From Phyllobates terribilis (taxonomy: Eukaryota): a stretch of DNA of 64,000 nucleotides. The notes beneath the pieces were generated by a model. It saw only the letters and a program-made list of their open reading frames with translations. It was not told where the DNA came from and searched no databases. Location: assembly GCF_046119375.1 (NCBI RefSeq), contig NW_027362767.1, positions 23,002,001 through 23,066,000 of the forward strand, written 5' to 3'. This document shows positions 55,007 to 64,000 of this stretch, piece after piece (the first letter of the stretch is position 1; the number at the start of each line of letters is the position of its first letter). The position numbers and the translations under genes were made by a program.

Positions 55007-58000
55007 TGTGTACATACATTACATTACTGAGCCTGTATTATACCCCAGAGCTGCACTCACTATTCTGGTGCAGTCACTGTGCACACACATTACATTACTG
55101 ATCCTGAGTTACATCCTGTATTATACTCCAGAGCTGCACTCACTATTCTGCTGGTGCAGTCACTGTGTACATACATTACATTACTGATCCTGAGTTACAT
55201 CCTGCATTATACTCCGGAGCTGCACTCACTATTCTGCTGGTGCAGTCACTGTGTACATACATTACATTACTGATCCTGAGTTACATCCTGTATTATACTC
55301 CGGAGCTGCACTCACTATTCTGCTGGTGCAGTCACTGTGTACATATATTACATTACTGATCCTGAGTTACATCCTGTATTATACCCCAGAGCTGCACTCA
55401 CTATTCTGCTGGTGCAGTCACTGTGTTCATACATTACATTACTGATCCTGAGTTACATCGTGTATTATACCCCAGAGCTGCACTCACTATTCTGCTGGTG
55501 CAGTCACTGTGTACATACATTACATTACTGATCCTGAGTTACCTCCTGTATTATACCCCAGAGCTGCACTCACTATTCTGCTGGTGCAGTCACTGTGTAA
55601 TTACATTACATTACTGATCCTGAGTTACATCCTGTATTATACTCCAGAGCAGCACTCACTATTCTGCTGGTGCAGTCACTGTGTACATACATTACATTAC
55701 TGATCCTGAGTTACCTCCTGTATTATACTCCAGAGCTGCACTCACTATTCTGCTGGTGCAGTCACTGTGTACATACATTACATTACTGATCCTGAGTTAT
55801 ATCTTGTATTATACTCCAGAGCTGCACTCACTATTCTGCTGGTGCAGTCACTGTGTACATACATTACATTACTGATCCTGAGTTACATCCTGCATTATAC
55901 TCCGGAGCTGCACTCACTATTCTGCTGGTGCAGTCACTGTGTACATACATTACATTACTGATCCTGAGTTACATCCTGTATTATACTCCGGAGCTGCACT
56001 CACTATTCTGCTGGTGCAGTCACTGTGTACATATATTACATTACTGATCCTGAGTTACATCCTGTATTATACCCCAGAGCTGCACTCACTATTCTGCTGG
56101 TGCAGTCACTGTGTTCATACATTACATTACTGATCCTGAGTTACATCGTGTATTATACCCCAGAGCTGCACTCACTATTCTGCTGGTGCAGTCACTGTGT
56201 ACATACATTACATTACTGATCCTGAGTTACCTCCTGTATTATACCCCAGAGCTGCACTCACTATTCTGCTGGTGCAGTCACTGTGTAATTACATTACATT
56301 ACTGATCCTGAGTTACATCCTGTATTATACTCCAGAGCAGCACTCACTATTCTGCTGGTGCAGTCACTGTGTGCATACATTACATTACTGATCCTGAGTT
56401 ATATCCTGTATTATACTCCAGAGCGGCACTCACTATTCTGCTGGTGCAGTCACTGTGTACATACATTACATTACTGATCCTGAGTTACATCCGGTATTAT
56501 ACTCCAGAGCAGCACTCACTATTCTGCTGGTGCAGTCACTGTGTACATACATTACATTACTGATCCTGAGTTACATCCTGTATTATCCTCCAGAGCTGCA
56601 CTCACTAAACTGCTGGTGCAGTCACTGTGTACATACATTACATTACTGATCCTGAGTTACATCCAGTATTATACTCCAGAGCTGCACTCACTATTCTGCT
56701 GGTGCAGTCACTGTGTACATACATTACATTACTGATCATGAGTTACCTCCTGTATTATACTCCAAAGCTGCACTCACTATTCTGCTGGTGCAGTCACTGT
56801 GTACATACATTACATTACTGATCCAGAGTTACATCCTGTATTATACTCCAGAGCTGCACTCACTATTCTGCTGGTGCAGTCACTGTGTACATACATTACT
56901 GATCCTGAGTTATATCCTGTATTATACTCCAGAGCTGCACTCACTATTCTGCTGGTGCAGTCACTGTGTACATACATTACATTACTGATCCTGAGTTACA
57001 TCCGGTATTATACTCCAGAGCAGCACTCACTATTCTGCTGGTGCAGTCACTGTGTACATACATTACATTACTGATCCTGAGTTACATCCTGTATTATCCT
57101 CCAGAGCTGCACTCACTAATCTGCTGGTGCAGTCACTGTGTACATACATTACATTACTGATCCTGAGTTACATCCAGCATTATACTCCAAAGCTGCACTC
57201 ACTATTCTGCTGGTGCAGTCACTGTGTACATACATTACATTACTGATCCAGAGTTACATCCTGTATTATACTCCAGAGCTGCACTCACTATTCTGCTGGT
57301 GCAGTCACTGTGTAAATACATTACATTACTGATCCTGAGTTGCCTCCTGTATTATACTCCAGAGCTGCACTCACTATTCTGCTGGTGCAGTCACTGTGTA
57401 CATACATTACATTACTGATCATGAGTTACATCCTGTATTATACTCCAGAGCTGCACTCACTATTCTGCTGGTACAGTCACTGTGTACATACATTACATTA
57501 CTGACCCTGAGTTACATCCTGTATTATACTCCAGAGCTGCACTCACTATTCTGCTGGTGAAGTCACTGTGTACATACACTACATTACTGATCCTGAGTTA
57601 CATCCTGTATTATACTCCAGAGCTGCACTCACTATTCTGCTGGTGCAGTCACTGTGTACATACATTACATTACTGATCCTGAGTTACATCCTGTATTATA
57701 CTCCAGAGCTGCACTCAGTATTCTGCTGGTGCAGTCACTGTGTACATACATTACATTACTGATCCTGAGTCACCTCCTGTATTATACTCCAGAGCTGCAC
57801 TCACCATTCTGCTGGTACTGTCAATGTGTACATACATTACATTACTGATCCTGAGTTACCTCCTGTATTACACTCCAGAGCTGCACTCACTATTCTGCTG
57901 GTGCAGTCACTGTGTACATACATTACATTACTGATCCTGAGTTACATCCTGTATTATACTCCAGAGCTGCACTCACTATTCTGCTGGTGCAGTCACTGAG

Positions 58001-61000
58001 TGCATACATTACATTACTGATCCTGAGTTACATCCTGTATTATACTCCAGAGCTGCACTCACTATTCTGCAAGGTGCAGTCACTGTGTACATACATTACA
58101 TTACTGATCCTGAGTTACATCCTGTATTATACTCCAGAGCTGCACTCACTATTCTGCTGGTGCAGTCACTGTGTACATACATTACATTACTGATCCTGAG
58201 TTACATCCTGTATTATACTCCAGAGCTGCACTCACTATTCTGCTGGTGCAGTCACTGCATACATACATTACATTACTGATCCTGAGTTACATCCTGTATT
58301 ATACTCCAGAGCTGCACTCACTATTCTGCAAGATGCAGTCACTGTGTACATACATTACATTACTGATCCTGAGTTACATCCTGTATTACACCCCAGAGCT
58401 GCACTCACTATTCTGCTGGTGCAGTCACTGTGTACAAACATTACATTACTGATCCTGTACTGATCCGGAGTTACCTACTGTATTATACTCCAGAGCTGCA
58501 CTCACTATTCTGCTGGTGCAGTCACTGTGTACAAACATTACATTACTGATCCTGTACTGATCCGGAGTTACCTCCTGTATTATACTCCAGAGCTGCACTC
58601 ACTATTCTGCTGGTGCAGTCACTGTGTACATACATTACATTACTGATCCTGAGTTACCTCCTGTATTATACTCCAGAGCTGCACTCACTATTCTCCTCGT
58701 GCAGTCACTGTGTACATACATTACATTACTGATCCTGAGTTACATCCTGTATTATACTCCAGAGCTGCACTCACTATTCTGCTGGTGCAGTCACTGTGTA
58801 CATACATTACATTACTGATCCTGAGTTACATCCTGTATTATACTCCAGAGCTGCACTCACTATTCTGCTGGTGCAGTCACTGTGTACATACATTACATTA
58901 CTGATCCTGAGTTACATCCTGTATTATACTCCAGAGCTGCGCTCACTATTCTGCTGGTGCAGTCACTGTGTACATATATTACATTACTGATCCTGAGTTA
59001 CCTCCTCTATTATACTCCAGAGCTGCACTCACTATTCTGCTGGTGCAGTCACTGTGTACATACATTACTGATCCTGAGTTACATCCTGTATTATACTCCA
59101 GAGCTGCACTCACTATTCTGCTGGTGCAGTCACTGTATACATACATTACATTACTGATCCTGAGTTACATCCTGTATTATACTCCAGAGCAGCTCTCACT
59201 ATTCTGCTGGTGCAGTCACTGTGTACATATATTACATTACTGATCCTGAGTTACATCCTGTATTATACTCCAGAGCTGCACTCACTATTCTGCTGGTGCA
59301 GTCACTGTGTACATACATTACTGATCCTGAGTTACATCCTGTATTATACTCCAGAGCTGCACTCACTATTCTGCTGGTGCAGTCACTATGTACATACATT
59401 ACATTACTGATCCTGAGTTACATCCTGTATTATACTCCAGAGCTGCACTCACTATTCTGCTGGTGCAGTCACTGTGTACATACATTACATTACTGATCCG
59501 GAGTTACATCCGGTATTATACTCCAGAGCTGCTCTCACTATTCTGCTGGTGCAGTCACTGTGTACATACATTACATTACTGATCCTGAGTTACATCCTGT
59601 ATTATACTCCAGAGCTGCTCTCACTATTCTGCTGGTGCAGTCACTGTGTACATACATTACATTACTGATCCTGAGTTATAGCCTGTATTATACTCCAGAG
59701 CTGCACTCACTATTCTGCTGGTGCAATCACTGTGTACATACATTACATTACTGATCCTGAGTTACATCCTGTATTATACTCCAGAGCTGCACTCACTATT
59801 CTGCTGGTGGAGTCACTGTGTACATACATTACATTATTGATCCTGAGTTACATCCTGTATTATACCCCAGAGCTGTAACTCACTATTCTGCTGGTGCAGT
59901 CACTGTGTACATACATTACATTACTGATCCTGAGTTACATCCTGTATTATACTCCGGAGCTGCACTCACTATTCTGCTGGTGCAGTCACTGTGTACATAT
60001 ATTACATTACTGATCCTGAGTTACTTCCTCTATTATACTCCAGAGCTGCACTCACTATTCTGCTGGTGCAGTCACTGTGTACATACATTACTGATCCTGA
60101 GTTACATCCTGTATTATACTCCAGAGCTGCACTCACTATTCTGCTGGTGCAGACACTGTGTACATACATTACATTACTGATCCTGAGTTACATCCTGTAT
60201 TATACTCCAGAGCTGCACTCACTATTCTGCTGGTGCAGACACTGTGTACATACATTACATTACTGATCCTGAGTTACATCCTGTATTATACTCCAGAGCT
60301 GCACTCACTATTCTGCTGGTGCAGTCACTGTGTACATATATTACATTACTGATCCTGAGTTACCTCCTCTATTATACTCCAGAGCTGCACTCACTATTCT
60401 GCTGGTGCAGTCACTGTGTACATACATTACTGATCCTGAGTTACATCCTGTATTATACCCCAGAGCTGCACTCACTATTCTGCTGGTGCAGTCACTGTGT
60501 ACATACATTACATTACTGATCCTGAGTTACATCCTGTATTATACTCCAGAGCTGCACTCACTATTCTGCTGGTGCAGTCACTGCATACATACATTACATT
60601 ACTGATCCTGAGTTACATCCTGTATTATACTCCAGAGCTGCACTCACTATTCTGCAAGGTGCAGTCACTGTGTACATACATTACATTACTGATCCTGAGT
60701 TACATCCTGTATTATACTACAGAGCTGCACTCACTATTCTGCTGGTGCAGTCACTGTGTACATACATTACATCACTGATCCTGAGTTACATCCTGTATTA
60801 CACCCCAGAGCTGCACTCACTATTCTGCTGGTGCAGTCACTGTGTACATACATTACATTACTGATCCTGAGTTACATCCTGTATTATACTCCAGAGCTGC
60901 ACTCACTATTCTGCTGGTGCAGTCACTGTGTACAAACATTACATTACTGATCCTGTACTGATCCGGAGTTACCTCCTGTATTATACTCCAGAGCTGCACT

Positions 61001-64000
61001 CACTATTCTGCTGGTGCAGTCACTGTGTACAAACATTACATTACTGATCCTGTACTGATCCGGAGTTACCTCCTGTATTATACTCCAGAGCTGCACTCAC
61101 TATTCTGCTGGTGCAGTCACTGTGTACATACATTACATTACTGATCCTGAGTTACCTCCTGTATTATACTCCAGAGCTGCACTCACTATTCTCCTGGTGC
61201 AGTCACTGTGTACATACATTACATTACTGATCCTGAGTTACATCCTGTATTATACTCCAGAGCTGCACTCACTATTCTGCTGGTGCAGTCACTGTGTACA
61301 TACATTACATTACTGATCCTGAGTTACATCCTGTATTATACTCCAGAGCTGCACTCACTATTCTGCTGGTGCAGTCACTGTGTACATACATTACTGATCC
61401 TGAGTTACATTCTGTATTATACTCCAGAGCTGCACTCACTATTCTGCTGGTGCAGTCACTGTGTACATACATTACATTACTGATCCTGAGTTACATCCTG
61501 TATTATACTCCAGAGCTGCGCTCACTATTCTGCTGGTGCAGTCACTGTGTACATATATTACATTACTGATCCTGAGTTACCTCCTCTATTATACTCCAGA
61601 GCTGCACTCACTATTCTGCTGGTGCAGTCACTGTGTACATACATTACATTACTGATCCTGAGTTACATCCTGTATTATACTCCAGAGCTGCGCTCACTAT
61701 TCTGCTGGTGCAGTCACTGTGTACATATATTACATTACTGATCCTGAGTTACCTCCTCTATTATACTCCAGAGCTGCACTCACTATTCTGCTGGTGCAGT
61801 CACTGTGTACATACATTACTGATCCTGAGTTACATCCTGTATTATACTCCAGAGCTGCACTCACTATTCTGCTGGTGCAGTCACTGTGTACATACATTAC
61901 ATTACTGATCCTGAGTTACATCCTGTATTATATTCCAGAGCAGCACTCACTATTCTGCTGGTGCAGTCACTATGTACATACATTACATTACTGATCCTGA
62001 GTTACATCCTGTATTATACTCCAGAGCTGCACTCACTATTCTGCTGGTGCAGTCACTGTGTACATACATTACATTACTGATCCGGAGTTACATCCGGTAT
62101 TATACTCCAGAGCTGCTCTCACTATTCTGCTGGTGCAGTCACTGTGTACATACATTACATTACTGATCCTGAGTTACATCCTGTATTATACTCCAGAGCT
62201 GCTCTCACTATTCTGCTGGTGCAGTCACTGTGTACATACATTACATTACTGATCCTGAGTTATAGCCTGTATTATACTCCAGAGCTGCACTCACTATTCT
62301 GCTGGTGCAATCACTGTGTACATACATTACATTACTGATCCTGAGTTACATCCTGTATTATACTCCAGAGCTGCACTCACTATTCTGCTGGTGGAGTCAC
62401 TGTGTACATACATTACATTATTGATCCTGAGTTACATCCTGTATTATACCCCAGAGCTGCACTCACTATTCTGCTGGTGCAGTCACTGTGTACATACATT
62501 ACATTACTGATCCTGAGTTACATCCTGTATTATACTCCGGAGCTGCACTCACTATTCTGCTGGTGCAGTCACTGTGTACATATATTACATTACTGATCCT
62601 GAGTTACTTCCTCTATTATACTCCAGAGCTGCACTCACTATTCTGCTGGTGCAGTCACTGTGTACATACATTACTGATCCTGAGTTACATCCTGTATTAT
62701 ACTCCAGAGCTGCACTCACTATTCTGCTGGTGCAGACACTGTGTACATACATTACATTACTGATCCTGAGTTACATCCTGTATTATACTCCAGAGCTGCA
62801 CTCACTATTCTGCTGGTGCAGACACTGTGTACATACATTACATTACTGATCCTGAGTTACATCCTGTATTATACTCCAGAGCTGCACTCACTATTCTGCT
62901 GGTGCAGTCACTGTGTACATATATTACATTACTGATCCTGAGTTACCTCCTCTATTATACTCCAGAGCTGCACTCACTATTCTGCTGGTGCAGTCACTGT
63001 GTACATACATTACTGATCCTGAGTTACATCCTGTATTATACCCCAGAGCTGCACTCACTATTCTGCTGGTGCAGTCACTGTGTACATACATTACATTACT
63101 GATCCTGAGTTACATCCTGTATTATACTCCAGAGCTGCACTCACTATTCTGCTGGTGCAGTCACTGCATACATACATTACATTACTGATCCTGAGTTACA
63201 TCCTGTATTATACTCCAGAGCTGCACTCACTATTCTGCAAGGTGCAGTCACTGTGTACATACATTACATTACTGATCCTGAGTTACATCCTGTATTATAC
63301 TACAGAGCTGCACTCACTATTCTGCTGGTGCAGTCACTGTGTACATACATTACATTACTGATCCTGAGTTACATCCTGTATTACACCCCAGAGCTGCACT
63401 CACTATTCTGCTGGTGCAGTCACTGTGTACATACATTACATTACTGATCCTGAGTTACATCCTGTATTATACTCCAGAGCTGCACTCACTATTCTGCTGG
63501 TGCAGTCACTGTGTACAAACATTACATTACTGATCCTGTACTGATCCGGAGTTACCTCCTGTATTATACTCCAGAGCTGCACTCACTATTCTGCTGGTGC
63601 AGTCACTGTGTACAAACATTACATTACTGATCCTGTACTGATCCGGAGTTACCTCCTGTATTATACTCCAGAGCTGCACTCACTATTCTGCTGGTGCAGT
63701 CACTATGTACAAACATTACATTACTGATCCTGTACTGATCCGGAGTTACCTCCTGTATTATACTCCAGAGCTGCACTCACTATTCTGCTGGTGCAGTCAC
63801 TGTGTACATACATTACATTACTGATCCTGAGTTACCTCCTGTATTATACTCCAGAGCTGCACTCACTATTCTCCTGGTGCAGTCACTGTGTACATACATT
63901 ACATTACTGATCCTGAGTTACATCCTGTATTATACTCCAGAGCTGCACTCACTATTCTGCTGGTGCAGTCACTGTGTACATACATTACATTACTGATCCT
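55007..64000 (+). repeat. 86-bp satellite array (over 100 units, runs off the right edge)
   Basis: Same unit, inverted relative to 1-12497. Contains 81-bp units and 97-bp units with an ACTGATCCTGT duplication. Confidence 0.99.

Overview
Vertebrate genomic DNA, most likely from a frog (inferred from TTAA-flanked AGGG-ended T2-type MITEs, the Tc1 load and intron-exon structure). I hand-spliced three multi-exon genes, all with GT-AG introns and unbroken reading frames: CCDC197-like (+, 9 coding exons, 378 aa), OTUB2 (+, 6 coding exons, 258 aa) and DDX24 (-, 8 coding exons, 812 aa). This matches the conserved CCDC197-OTUB2-DDX24 order known from human 14q32. More than half the window is tandem repeat. 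An 86-bp satellite forms four arrays: 1-12497 and 55007-64000 bracket the gene block in opposite orientations, and two more lie in introns. There is also a 7.1-kb 45-bp satellite and 36-, 31-, 38-, 40-, 20- and 18-bp minisatellites. The hundreds of 64-aa ORFs in the track are artefacts of these arrays. Mobile DNA includes a full-length, open-frame DD34E Tc1 inserted in the satellite, a decayed DD38E (Intruder-type) Tc1 nested inside another decayed Tc1, and Harbinger-, T2/Kolobok- and hAT-type MITEs, two of them nested. I found no wholly new system that the sequence alone proves. The strongest leads are the remodelled OTUB2 active site, the organisation of the satellite arrays, and a DD38E element whose inverted repeats include coding sequence. 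All coordinates and counts are manual and were not checked by database search.
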